Assembly (NCBI GenBank): GCA_013265495.1
Contig: MU058221.1
Location: 2,108,001 to 2,172,000, forward strand
Length of the DNA: 64,000 nucleotides
Origin: Vicugna vicugna
Taxonomy: Eukaryota
Reading direction: 5' to 3'
Of this stretch, positions 24,781 to 37,364 are shown in pieces (the first letter of the stretch is position 1; each line of letters opens with the position of its first letter). Both the position numbers and the translations under genes were made by a program. A model generated the notes under the pieces. That model did no database searches and had not been told where the DNA came from. It worked only from the letters and a program-made list of their open reading frames with translations.

Positions 24781-25927
24781 TGAGGGAAGTGGCCCTTAGC
24801 TGGTCTCCGGCTGGCAATGCACTTACCTGAGGTAATCTTCACAGTGGATGCCTCTTTCAGATGCACGGCTGGCAGCCAAAGCTTAAGTCAGGCACTTGCA
24901 TTACAAACAAGGAAGAAAGAAAAAAAACCAACCCATCAGGACTACAGTATATAGTCTAACAGGACACTGTTTCCTCTTTTGAATCAGTTAGATTAAAAAT
25001 TTTTTTTTCTTGAAAATTTAAAATCTTTTTAACACAAAATGCAGAATAGAAGATGAAGCCCTGGGTGAAAGACAGGTTCTAGTAAGAAATCAACTGATTT
25101 ATATAATAAGGTGAACTTTTTTTTACAGAAATTAAGCTGTTCTTGAAAAAAAATAGCAAGTTAATGTAAGGCATCCAGTAATGACGACGTGACCAAGCGG
25201 AGACTTCGAAGGGAACTCAGACGAACTGGGTCTCCGTAATTGAAGGGAGGGGACAGACAGCTGAATACCTGAAATGTGAGAATCGGTTTGGAAGATGGAG
25301 GTTTTGGACAAGACTTTGAGGACGTCACTACAGAGCAGGTTGCCCCCAGGACTGTGGTGTCATTTGTTTTCATTCCCAGATAATATGAGGAGCAGAAGAC
25401 GGGGGTCCTCGATGTGTCTCTGAATCTCTCAGGACATTGAGGGGGAAGTTGGCATGCTAGCGTTAAAAGCAGCTCATCTGATGTGTTCTTGCGGAAAAGT
25501 GGATGGATGTCTGTTATGAAGACCTTTCTCATTCTCTTTTCTTGCTCCCTCTGGTGAGCCGGAGCCTGTGTTTGACATCTAGCCATTTGAGATTAGAGGA
25601 CGTAAGGGAAACTTCTGGGCAGCTCCTGCCTGTGGTTTTGGGGAAATAAAACCATTGCTCGGGACGGAGCTTGCAGGTGAGAGTGCAGTGTAATGCCAGC
25701 CCTCGTTGCCCCTTTTCTGACGTACGTGTCTCCACATCTGAACGCTGTGTCCATGCGCATCGCCACGTGTGTCCAGGTGTTTTCATCTTGTCTCTGGTCA
25801 GGCTTCCTGCGGTACTGACCCTCCATCGCCTTGGCCTCCGCAGAGGCCTCCAAAAGCTTTCCTGCCTTCTTATCTGGAAAGGTGTGAATGGACAACATTG
25901 CCGGCCATATCCGTAAACAACGGACGC

Positions 25928-26365
25928 TGTGGCCATCGAGTCATCAGCTGCTACCGCCACCCCGGATGGCGAGCGGAGGGAACTCAGGACGCCGACCAGC
26001 GGGCAGCCCGGCCTCTTTCCTGCGGGAACTCAGGGTGCGGAAGCACAGGACGCTGGCCCCAGACGGCTGGGCGCACGTCACAGGAGTGACCTCAGTGAGC
26101 GCAGGCCTTTGCACCGTCCCACACACAGAGGAGCGGAATTCCTCACCTTGAGACGTCTGGCTTCCTTAATTTACAGTGATCCTTCGATGTTCCCGCTATC
26201 AGGTCTTGGTTGCGAAAACCTCCCCCATCCTGGCTTCTCCCTCACCGCTCTGGAACGGCCTCTTAGAGGATCTGAGAGGCTGTTTCCCAGGCTTGCGTCC
26301 TCAGGAAATCCGCTGAATAAAACATACTCCCAGCTTCTAGGTTGTGCGTTTTGCTTCAGCCGACA
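25928..26365 (+). mobile_element. ERV1-class solo LTR (copy A)
   Basis: TG...CA termini (tgtggcc...ttcagccgaca), AATAAA poly(A) signal near 26316, flanks gacgc/gaggc as an imperfect TSD. Confidence 0.8.
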
Positions 26366-27178
26366 GAGGCAGGTAGAAGCGAGCTGTGGGGAAGACGCTG
26401 CGCGGTAGTTTCATTTTACTCAGCCCGCAGAGGCCGCTGCAGAAGTGCAGAGCGCCCGCTGTTTCACTGCGCGTAGCAAGGACTCGGCGACATTAGCTGC
26501 GCCGATGTGTCTCTGGAACAACTAGCGAAGCTTAGAAGGGGAGAGGGCGAGAGAACTTTCACTGCAGCTTTTACATTTGTTTCTTAAAATTGTTTAGCAT
26601 CATTGAACTGAAAGGGGCCTCAGATTTGCGACCTTAATGTCACATTAGCATGATTCTTTTCATTCCATAAACTGTATTTAATTTTATTTTTCCGCAGGGT
26701 TATGTTAGCGCTCATTAAGAAAACATATTTTTTTTTCAATCTGTCATAAAGGAAGCAACATCTCAGCTGCAGACGCAGGTCAGAGGTCATAGTGATAACT
26801 GACTCCATGGAATGATGCGATAATGCCGATTTTTCTAAGGAGGGACTGTTTCAGGGATGCGCAGCTGAGCATTGAAGGAGAATTGGTCACACGGTCCGAA
26901 AGGCCAAAGGACGGACACAATTTTCCGGATGTTGTACAGGCTTGTTTTCTGTGGAATTTCACACCCTCATGTGGACTAAACTCTGATTTCTGTCAACATT
27001 TCAGATTTGGCTGAATGTCATTCCTGTGTCAAATAAACTGCGAGGGAACTTGCATTTGGAATCCAAATTTGGAAAGAAGAAAATATTTTTATAATAGGAG
27101 ATTTTAAAGTAGTTTGGAAAGGTGGATAGTTTTCAGTAATCTGGAGAAACTTGAGTGATTATGGTTACGCCTTGGAGC

Positions 27179-27658
27179 TGTCGACTGAGATAAACGCGCA
27201 GCCTGAAAGCTGAGGATTATGTTTTCTTTGGCGGGAGGACTCGAGCCGGGGTGACGGCCTCTCAGGTGGCCCTGAGGGGCTGCTCCCAAGAGGTAGGGGA
27301 GGGGCTGGGATACACAGGAGCTTCACAGCAAAGACCAGACCGGGTAGTCCGAACAATAAAAGATGGCTTGTTATCTAAAGAAAACCAGGCATCTCAAGTT
27401 AAAGAATTTAGCGCTTTTTGTGTATGGGAGGAAGCAAACATTTGGGCTTACTGAATCCATTCCTTTACAAGCAGGAGTTATCTAGGGCCAGAGTCCTGTC
27501 CTTTCTTGTTCTGAGTGCCCTCAGGGGGCACCATGGTGAGTGGCTGCAGAGGCTGGGCTGCAGGCTGGTCCTTGCGGGGGGGTGGGGCAGCCGCTGATGA
27601 CTTGATGGCTTCGGCATTCTTTGTTTGCTAAAGTGGTTTGCAGTATTTTTCATTCATA
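27179..27658 (-). mobile_element. ERV1-class solo LTR (copy B, related to copy A, opposite orientation)
   Basis: tgtcgactgagataaacgcgcagcct..tatgttttcttt..aaaccaggcatctcaagttaaagaattt is the reverse-complement homologue of copy A. Flanks gagc (27175-78) and gaac (27659-62) form a 4-bp TSD with one mismatch. Confidence 0.82.
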
Positions 27659-28699
27659 GAACCTTGAAAAATATTCAGGTGTTGCTTCAAGGTTAATGTG
27701 TCAGGGAAGCTTTAGATTATGAAAGAAGAGAAGCCCGCGCTTTCGGGGCACACGCTGTGCCTTGCTTCTGCTAAACACGAAGGATGAGATGGGCCCTTCC
27801 CTTACGGAGCTCCTGTTGAATCAACCAAAGCCTTTTCCGTTGGCTGCCCTGCGTCATAAACCCCTGGCTCTCACCTCTGTTCTAAACTCCAGGCAAGTGT
27901 CCACTGCGTTTCGACGTGGGCCTCTCACCTCAGGCTCAGTTCTGATTCACTCTCTGAGCGAACGCGGACTCCCTTGTTGGTTCCCGTTTGCAGTTAGTTT
28001 GACCTCCGCTTGTCAGGATCTCCACAAGGTGCCCCCAGTATCGGAAACTAAAGCCAGCGCCCAGCAGGAGTCAGCGCGGGTATCTTGACAGCGGCTCCTC
28101 TCTTAGGTGTCTTGGGGAGATAGTCAAAACCAGATCACCTCACCTGCAGAAAAAGGCACCCGCCAAGAGGGGTGGCAAGGAGGGAGGGCCTTCAGATCTA
28201 GGAAGGCGTGTTGCCAGGAGTCCACCAAGGGCTCGCTGAATTGAGGCAGAAGGAGAAGAGGGAGTCCATGCGTTTCCTGATAAATTGCCGGCTGGAACCA
28301 AACTGCAGTCTGATGCATGCTTGTTCGTGAGATTTAGCAGGTGGTAGCTAATTGTCATTTGCTGACCATTGGTTGTTTGCATCTGGTCAGAAAGGCACAG
28401 ATCATTTAGATATGGTATAAAAGGGTTGTGAGGATGGGCTTAAAAGAACTGCTCCTTGGAACCTTGAAAAATACCCAGTTGCTTCTGGATTAATACACAG
28501 GGAAGCTATAAACACATTTTAATCCAGCAGTGCCTGACATCCAGATTTGTGCTTTTTGTCATCCAAGCAAAAGTAACAGTGAGCAGTTCATTTGCGAATT
28601 AAACTCTCCTAAGAAAAGCTGGAAAGGGTTTGAGAATGGTTTCTCCACCTTTTAACTTATCGTAGAGGGCGAACTGCTTTAGAACAAGTTGGGAGAATG

Positions 28700-29480
28700 T
28701 GCTAGAAATCGCTCGTTCGTGACTTCATAGATTTAGTCCCTGGGGTGACCGCCGCCTGGGGTAACTTAGCCTCTGGCTCGGCTGCGTCCACTTTCTCTTG
28801 CTTTCTGCCCGAGGACACGCTTCTGTCACAGGTTTCCTGAACTCTTGGGGGAAGCCATCTAGACAACGAGTCCTGTGTAAACGTTGAGTTTTGGGTCATT
28901 GACCCTCGTACAGGTGGAGGCTCTGGGCCGGTGGGTACCTGCTGCTTTTTCCCGCCCTGGGCAGGCGTCGACAAGGTCCGTTCTCCATGCCTCTGCAGAC
29001 TGCCCAGCAGCACTGAGGCCCACGTCCCTACGCGGGGAGTCGGCTTGAACGTACACCACTGGGTTGGTTTTTCTCTTTTACTCTGTTTCTCTTTCCATAA
29101 TTATTCACTTTCCCTACTTATTCTGGGGATTGCTTCCCAAATTAGCAACACGAGACTTTTCTTAAGGGTCCCGTCTGCAGAAACTCAGACTAAGATACCT
29201 GGTACTAGAAACAGCCCTAGAAAGCATGCCTTCAGGGGGAGATTCTGAAATTATGCGAAAGAGGTGCCTCCACTGGTGTGTTGGGTAGGAGAGTGGTAAT
29301 CCTCGGCCTTCAGAAGCGTCGTATCTGCTTTAATTGCCTCACAGTTCGTCCAGGGATTCACAGACCCACTGTGTGCTAATCTCCTTGGTTCTTGTGTACC
29401 GTGTTTGGATGGATACACTGAGCAGGGGGTGGAACCCTCAAATTAACTCTCTGACATGTGGAAGCAAAAGTCAGTACAAC
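28700..29480 (+). mobile_element. LTR16-type ERVL LTR followed by the start of ERVL internal sequence
   Basis: LTR end ..cttcccaaatt..cttaagggtcccgtctgcagaaactcagactaagata (29197), then a primer-binding-site-like tggtactagaa and ..ccctagaaagcatgccttcagggggagattctgaaatt. Left boundary uncertain. Confidence 0.6.
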
Positions 29481-30231
29481 AGGAAAGAGCAGGTGGAAGC
29501 ATCTGACCCCTCCTTCCTGGATGAGATAAATCAGAACCAGCACTGCGTCCCAGGAGGGCTTGCGTAGATGAGCGCCACCTGCAAAGACGCTGAGACATAC
29601 AGGACTCAGGATTCCCATTCATCTTGCCATTCATTTCACCTGCCTCACCCCCTGAAACAACCAGAGGGATCCTGACAAATCTGTCACTCAGGCCATGTAA
29701 CCCCCAGATTCAGCAGTGCCAAGAGTTGTGGGATGGGTAGGGAAGGGCTGGGGGTTCGCTGATAAGCTTCAGGAGGAGAATCGCAGTGCCGGCCCCGCTG
29801 GCGCTGGTGCACGCCACTGTCTTCGGCAGCATGGAACCTACCTGGGCTATGGCGGACACGTGGCCCCAGAGCGGCGAGAACAGAGAGGGAGGTGCAGCGT
29901 GGTAGCGAGGGAAGGGCTGACGCGTTGAAGGCACGCGGTCAGAGAGAACACCGCCGAAGGCTGCAGGCTTCAGTGTCTGTCTCTGGGCTGTTAATATGCC
30001 TTGATAGATTATAATGAGATGCTCTGTGTGACGGGCCGGACTTGTGCCTGGTACCAAAATGGTGCTCAGCAAATACTGGTTTTTATTATTCGTCACTGAT
30101 GACAAATTAGGCTGAGTGTCTTTCATAGGAAATAGCAATAAATATTGGGACAAGTTCTGGTCTAAATGGTCACCTTCAGCAGCAGGGGTCGCAGTAGGTC
30201 GTTGGGGAAGGTGTTATAGACTCCCTGATGG

Positions 30232-30276
30232 AATGTTCTTAAAGGGACAATGTCTTAAAGGACAATGTCTTAAAGG
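30232..30276 (+). repeat. Short tandem triplication of AATGTCTTAAAGGAC
   Basis: aatgttcttaaagggac aatgtcttaaaggac aatgtcttaaagg. Confidence 0.85.
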
Positions 30277-32804
30277 TAACGGACTGTAACACCAGTCACG
30301 TTCTCACGTAGAATATTCCTTCCTCTGTTTGCAAAGTCAAGCCATAGGCGTTCATCAGTTCAGGAAGATGGTGAGTTGCTAACTGGTAACATCAGATAAT
30401 CAAGGGATTTTAGTCCATTGTGCCGAATCTTACCTTTGCTGGTTTTATGACTCTTCTTGGAGCCTTGGTGACGCTCATTCCGGGGCTGAGCAGTGTCGAG
30501 GGGTCCGGAGGGACGGAGCTGCTCGTCCCACTGTTCTGGTTGTGCAGCTGGATTGTGGGTCTGCTCCTACCCTAGGAGGGTCTCTGAACAGTATGATAAC
30601 GGAGCCTGTGATTATAGGGGCAGTTACGGATTTGGAATGAAGTGAGGATGCTCAAACGGTGGCAGGAAGGAGTCTTGGAAGATCGCTTGTTTGATAAACG
30701 TCTTGGTTACGTGCCTCTTCATGTGTTCCTGTTTATGGCTTGTTTCTGGTGAAGAAATGCTTCTCAAGTTACTTTTGAACGTCTTATCTTCCCTCTTTCT
30801 GTTCTTAATGTGCAGGAACAGGAAAAGCAAAATTATGTTGTAACACCAGCTAAGTGAGATGAAGTGCAATAATGGCTTTGACACATTTCGAAAAGTTAAA
30901 AGCCATATGAAAGCAAGTTCAGTATAAATTTAATACTGTATATAATGTAGTGATAAAACGCATGCTTTGTTGGTAGTAGTGTTATTAAATTGGTATTTAT
31001 TTACACTGTTTTTCATGGAAATTTTTGCATTATGTATTGTTAACATCGCTTTCAGAGACTTAAATCTCCCTTAAATTGTCTCCCTCACACATCGTTGATT
31101 TTATGTTCTTCATTTGTGCTCTTTTTTTTGCAAGTCTTAAAAATAGTGTGCTTGTTAAATGCCCACAGCTATGGCACGGTCCCATAGAGTTCAGTTGATC
31201 CGGCTATAGAAAACTCAGACAAATTGCTTGCAAGCATGTGTCTAAGTTTTATTACAGTTTGCATGCAAGAGAAAACACTCTAGTAGGTTAATTCAAAGAG
31301 CCTTTCTTGGTAGGGACATTTTATAAATCAGGAAGATGATTAGATAATAATTATTACACTGGTAGAAAAATAAAAAGAAAGTCTGGAATAAAGTGGAGGC
31401 AGCTGACATATAGTAGCTAAATCACTGGTTTCCCAAACCAAGTTTTAAATCAATTATAGTTCATAAGAAAGTTGTTTCAAAAATTATCAGAAATGCTTAT
31501 TTCTTCCCAAAGGAGGTTAAAAATTGCAATCTTAATGTTTCTAGATATGGGATTTTTTTTTCTTTTACATACCTGATTTTTCAGTATATTTCTTCTATTT
31601 ATCACATAGTGACTATTCAGTCCTTACATAAACTATATTGATATATTGCCAGTTTTTTAAATCCTAAAAAACTATGTTTATTTTTTAACATGTACTGAAT
31701 TTCTAGGAATGAAAAAATCTACCAGATGAATAAAAACACTAGCTGATTTTGTTTTGTTCTGACCAGAATCACAGTTACGTAGTCACAATTTATTATGTTT
31801 GTACCATGGTTGGTTTTTCTTTTTTCTTTTTCTTTTTGAGCAAAATAAAAATAATCAGAGCAATAGAAATATAATAAAAGAAAACGTATAGTTCTTATTT
31901 AGAGTAGTTGAATTTCTACAGCAGTGACCAATTCTTTCTGATGATTCAAGGACAAAGCAAATCTTGAGGTTAAGAACTAGAGTGGGAAAAGCATTGGAAT
32001 TTATAGTTTGACTTTAACCCATGTCATGAAACATGAAAGTAGATTATTCTAAGAAGGATTGTAACCAACTCCGGCTATTTTTCTGTGTACTTAAAGAATA
32101 AAACAAGAAAAATATACGTAAGTTAAGATGGGTATTAAGAAGACATCATTGTTAAAATTTAGAGTTTGAGAAATATCTTCTTTAAAAATGCTAAAAAATT
32201 AAAATCCAAGTTATAGCATATTTAGAATGGTGGAGAAAGGGTTGTTTTTAAAGGTTATTCAAGAAAATACCAGAAATGCTTCAAAAGTCACAGTTCTAAG
32301 CAGCAGAACTGTCAAAGAAACCATTTAAGGAGAGTTGGCGCCTGTGAAGGGTCCAGAAGTATAAGAATGAGCCGATCATCTGGGGAGGGAGGAGGGTGAG
32401 ATCAGTATGACCAAAGGTGCTGGGTAATAACGTTTCATGAGAAGTACACTGTAAACTGAGCATAAAGTACATTTTATGGTATGGCTTAGAAGAAGCTTAT
32501 TGACCAAAACCAAATAGACTGCCCGATATTTCTCTAGCTAAGATGGATTTATTTGGGATCAACAGAAAATTGCAAATCAGGATCTGCAGCCATGAAAAGC
32601 CATGTGCAAGTTCCCCATGGCAAGAGTAGGGAAATACTTTTATTAAGGGAAAAAGGGAGTTGGGAGGGCTATAGTTAACAGCGTCCATGGCTTTTTATGG
32701 GCTGAATCCTTGTCAGAAAAGAAGATGAGCCTTCTTCTTTCCTTTGGGCTCTGCTGTGATCACAGGGTGTGAGAGCTCTCCATTCTGGTCTCCCAATTCT
32801 TCTG

Positions 32805-32925
32805 TTTTAAATTAATTTTAACTTTATTTTTAATTTTTTACTTGAAGTATGGTTGACTTACAGTTTTAGTATGTGTGCTGCCGAAGCAAGCACTGGTTGA
32901 CTTACAAAGTTGTGTTAGTTTCTGG
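32805..32925 (-). mobile_element. Extremely 5'-truncated L1 3' tip inserted in the ERV1 LTR
   Basis: T-rich tail plus ttgaagtatggttgacttacaaagttgtgttagtttctgg, matching the terminal ~45 nt of the other L1 copies in this window. Confidence 0.7.
32863..32893 (-). pseudogene. RNU6: 3'-truncated U6 snRNA retrocopy (U6 nt 1-31) with 13-bp TSD
   Basis: Reverse complement GTGCTTGCTTCGGCAGCACACATACTAAAAC is 28/31 identical to the U6 5' end. TSD tggttgacttaca at 32850-32862 and 32894-32906. Confidence 0.92.
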
Positions 32926-33829
32926 TTATTAAGGTTTCTGTTCATTAATTTTTTCACATTTCCGCCTTTTGATCAAGATTTTTCTCAGAGCATCGCTGAT
33001 CAAGAGTCAGGTTTTCTCATCTCAGCAGCTTTTTGTCCCTCAGTGCCGGGAGGGAGCTTTCCTGGGTTTAGGGTCTCACATTGGAGGGAAAGCACGCAGT
33101 TTGGAAACCTCCTGAGGTCACATGCAAGTAACGATGAGGGTAGGGTGCAGAACTCTCAGGCATTTTTTTATCTGAGGTCCATATGTTATCAAGATCATAG
33201 ACACTGGAGTGTTACATCATTATCAAAGTTTTGGCAATAAAATTCCAACATAATTTGTTCGTATATCTTGGGAAAGCTGTTTTGTTGGATGCCATCTGCT
33301 TCAATCCTGGGAAATCTTCACTCTCAAGTTAACGGATGTCGTGCCAGTCCAGTCAGGGCTCTGTGCATTCTTTAGGTACATCAGGTGGATCCAAGAACCT
33401 GTTCCTTGGAGTTTGACAGCACAAAGGCTGGTTCGCAGTAACTGACAGAGCCTCTCCAGTGAGGTTAAAGAGAGTTCTTCTAGAGGTGTCTTTTCCAGTT
33501 GATAATATCTTCAGGTTGCAGCTTGGATGCTTAACGGTCTTCGTCTTTTGGGAGTACACTGTGAAAAGATTGCTGTACCATAACATGGCTATTTTTAATA
33601 AAAACAGGCCTTTGTGCTATTGGATTATCTTTCCTTTTATCAGTTGTGAGTCAGAAGAAGCAGGAGCCAAGGGCATTGGGTGTCCTGTGACTGTCTGAAA
33701 GGGTGGGAGTTCATGAGTTCTAAAAGGAGTGGCTCTGAGATTTAAAAAGTCCAGTGGCATCATAAAAGCAAAATATGGAATATTTCCTACACTCCAGAAG
33801 TTTTCCTCACGCCTCTGTGTAGTGAATCG

Positions 33830-34445
33830 CCTCACCTAAGCCCAAACCTTGACAACCACTAATCTGATTATTTTTTTTCCCCAGAATGTTATATAAATGG
33901 ACTCATATAGTATTTAGGCTTTTGTGTCTATTTCTTTCACTTACTATTGCCTTTGAGATCCATTTGTATTGTTGCAGGTCTCAGTATACTATTTATCTCC
34001 TTTGATCACTGAGTAAGACCCCATTGAATATTTGTCTCTGTGTTCACCAGATATGAACATTTGGGTTGTTTCCCGTTTGAGGCCATTATGAATAAAGCTG
34101 CTGTAAACATTCATGGACTGGGTTTTGTGTTGACGTATGTTTTCATTTCTTTTGGGTAAATACCTATCAACTTTGTGCCAAATAATTTTCCGAGGTGACC
34201 GTGCAGTGTTCACCAGCAATGTGTGAGAGTCCCAGTGGTCCTTCATCTTTGCTGGCACGTGGTGTGCACACCTTGAATTGTTGCCATTCTAGCAGGTGTG
34301 CGGTGGTATCTGTTTGTTTCCCTGCTGACGAATGATTTTGTGCATCTTTTTATGTACTTTTTTTCCATCCCTGTATCTTCTTTGTTTAGAAATCCAGTTT
34401 TTTGCCTGACTTTTAATGGGTTTCTCATCTTCTTATAACTCAGTT
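33830..34445 (-). mobile_element. Old L1MD/ME 3' fragment
   Basis: caaccactaatctg..ccagaatgttatataaatggactcatatagtat..gaataaagctgctgtaaacattc..gggtaaatacct..ttgccattctagcaggtgtgcggtggtatc. Confidence 0.82.
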
Positions 34446-34559
34446 ATAAGAGTCCAAGTATACTCTTTAAACACAGAAAACATTATATATTATTTTAATA
34501 CATACGTACGTAGTAGAAGTCTAAAACGTGCATGCATGGATTGAGTTGGATGTAGACCA

Positions 34560-34775
34560 ACTTCAGGATAGTGGTTACCTTGGAGAACGAATATGGAGTT
34601 ACAGACAAGGAGGCTTGGATGGTATCTGTAATCACTCTTTTGTTTAAACAAGAAAGGATTTGAAACAAATACTGTACAATATTAATACTCATTAAATGAG
34701 GGAGTGGGTTCATAGATATTTGTTCCATCATTCTCTGTACGTTTCTGTATATGTAAAATAGCTTTCTTCTTTTTT
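34560..34775 (+). mobile_element. L1ME-type 3' end fragment
   Basis: ggatagtggttaccttggag..tgaaacaaatactgtacaatattaa..ttctctgtacgtttctgtatatgtaaaat. Confidence 0.55.
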
Positions 34776-35124
34776 TAAATAGTGAATTACTTCTTTTTAA
34801 AATTACTGCGTGCCAGGCATTGGAAGTACAGAGATAAGCAGGCAGAGTCCTCGTTCTCATTCTGCTGCCAGCATTTTGTAGTGTGTTCCTCAGAACTCTA
34901 GTCTTAGGAGTGTTAACAGGTGTGGTGGGAAGAAAAGATGCTGTAGTCAGGTAAGATTTGGAATCTCTAGGACCTCAGGCCTAAGATAAACAAACTAAAT
35001 AGCTGTTACTATTTCAGAGCTTTTTGGACATTTTAGTAACGTATTTTCTTTGGTGAACTCCAAGAGGAAGATTAATGTCCATTATTTCCCAAACTTATTT
35101 CTGTTGGGAGTGTCTGTTTTATTT

Positions 35125-35128
<4 letters not shown>

Positions 35129-35155
<27 letters not shown>
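35129..35155 (+). repeat. (TG)n microsatellite in an L1 tail
   Basis: About 13 perfect TG units. Confidence 0.95.
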
Positions 35156-35810
35156 CTGTATTTCTTGTAGTATATAGTCAGTTTACAATGTTGTGTCAAT
35201 TTCTGGTGTACAGCACAATGCTTTAGTCATCCATGAACATACATATATTCATTTTCATTTTCTTTTTCACCATGTTACTACAAGATATTGAATATAGTTC
35301 CCTGTGCTGTACAGTATGAACTTGTTTATTGTATATATATGAGTTAGTATCTGCACATCTCGAACTGCCAGTTTATCCCTTCCCACCCCTTTCCCTCCCT
35401 GGTGACCATAAGTTTGTTTTCTATGTCTGTGAGTCTGTTTCTGTTTTGTAGATAAGTTCATTTGTCTTTTTTTTTTAGATTCTATATATGGATGGTATCA
35501 TATGGTATTTTTCTTTCTCTTTCTGGCTTACTTCCCTTAGAATGATGATCTCCAGGTCCATCCATGTTGCTGCAAATGGCATTATTTTATTCTTTTTTAT
35601 GGCTGAGTAGTATTCCATTGTATAAATATACCACATCTTCTTTATCCAGTCATCTGTCAATGGACATTTAGGTTGTTTCCATACCTTGGCTATTGTAAAT
35701 AGTGCTGCTCTGAACATTGGGGTGCATATGTGTTTTCAAATTAAAGTTCCCTTGGGATATATGCCCAGGGGTGGGATTGCTTCATCATACAGTAAGTCTG
35801 TTTTTTAGTC
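35156..35810 (-). mobile_element. Relatively young camelid L1 3' end with ORF2 C-terminus
   Basis: ORF 35475..35717(-) MFRAALFTIAKVWKQPKCPLTDDWIKKMWYIYTMEYYSAIKKNKIMPFAATWMDLE is the canonical L1 ORF2p C-terminal segment, followed by 3' UTR. Confidence 0.95.
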
Positions 35811-37364
35811 CCTTCCCATCTCGGTCTGCTTCTCTCCACTACCAGGTGGCCTCTGAGGATGCCATGCATTTACCCTCTCCACGCAGTCACCCTCATCCTC
35901 ACCCTCCAGCTCATTCTTCCTTTGCCCTTGTTCTGTTGAAACTTGTTCTCACTTTGATCTCCAGAGAACACATTTTTACACCAATATTTATTACTTTGTT
36001 CATCTTTTTTGTTAGACTTGAAATCCTGTTCTTCCTGTATTTCTTTGTTTTCCTCTTTTCTGCAGATACATGGCTTTTATTCTTTAATATTCTTACCACC
36101 CTTTTTCTAAAAAGACTACTGGCTAAGCCCCTTTTTCCTTTACCCCTATGGTGTTGAAAAGTGATGTTTAGAGAAGGTTAAAATCAAATGTACGGTTTCT
36201 TGAGTTGTTGCCAAATCAGCCTTTTGTCATAATCTGATTTTTGCATATTAAAAACAATTTTCTCATCTTAATTTTAAGCATTGTTTTTTCTGCTTAGAAA
36301 TAATTTAAATTGTTCCTTGTGATTGGAAACATGTTCTATTAAATTTCATTTGACTTAATGCAGTGTTAATTTAATTCTCACGACTTACTGCATTTATTTT
36401 ATTTCGTTCAGTGTTCAAGCAATATCTTAGTTCCTTGAAGGTTGTTAAAGTTTCTTCTCAAAAAGTGAATTAAAGTGCTTACACTGAGTGAACAACAGTT
36501 ACATTATCCATTTAAGGAACAAAAGTGCTGATGTATTTAAAATGTTTCATTGAAGTTACAGCTGCCCCTCTTGGTTGTAAAAAACACAGTGCTATTATGT
36601 GAATTGCAAATACCAAGATACTGTTCTGGGAGAGGGAAAGCTAAAAATGTTAGTAGGAAATTGTACTTTTCTAGTATGGTAACTGGATTTCCTGTTCTTA
36701 CGCATTTATGAAACTTCTTACTTTACTACCATGAGAATTATAAGTAGATAACCCAAACCCGCAAAATACAGCACTTTGCAGGCTTTTTAAAGTCGTTTAT
36801 TGCTGCTATTAGTTTCCTTTAAGGATGTTCACCATGATCTATGGTGTCAAAACTGCTTTTAAAAAATGGCTTTTTACATGACGCTTGTGAAATGTACTGT
36901 TTATAATTGAAATGCTGATGAGTATGATTTAAAGTATCTCAGAACGCTTTCTCCCTAGGGGATAGGTCTCCAGATTCTCACCTCGGCTTACAGTGCCCTC
37001 CCTAAGTGATTGAGGCCTCAGTTACTGTGCCAGTTTGGGTCCTCTGGAGTTAGAAATGCAAAAAAAAAAAAATAATAATAATAAAAAAAATAAAGACTGC
37101 ATGTATGAAAGATAATGGGAGCGGGAACAGGAGTAGGAGTAGAAGGAGGGAAGGAGGGTTGGGCAGGAAGAGCCCCGGACGGCGCTGCAGCTCTGAAGAC
37201 ATCTTGGCGTAGCCTGTGGGCAACTGCAGTGCCTCTTGAGAGGCATTACTCACCGAGCAGAGATGATCAGGCCCGCGTCGTTGGTGAGCTGCTTGAGGAA
37301 AGCGTGTCTTTGGCTTGAAAGCTGCACTGGGTCTCAGAGACTCTGCCGCTGGAGGATGCCACTA

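Larger units (their letters stand above)
32497..33790 (-). mobile_element. ERV1 remnant: 3' LTR (~32497-32958), polypurine tract and adjoining internal sequence
   Basis: LTR text (atttctctagctaagatggatttatttgggatc..) ends at ttttcaca 32958, followed by tttccgcctttt (minus strand AAAAGGCGGAAA polypurine tract), then degenerate internal sequence with no intact ORF. Confidence 0.72.

Noticed and set aside
25928..27658. Provirus, or DNA transposon with long terminal inverted repeats
   Set aside because: The LTRs are inverted rather than direct, diverged, each has its own apparent TSD, and the spacer is not retroviral.
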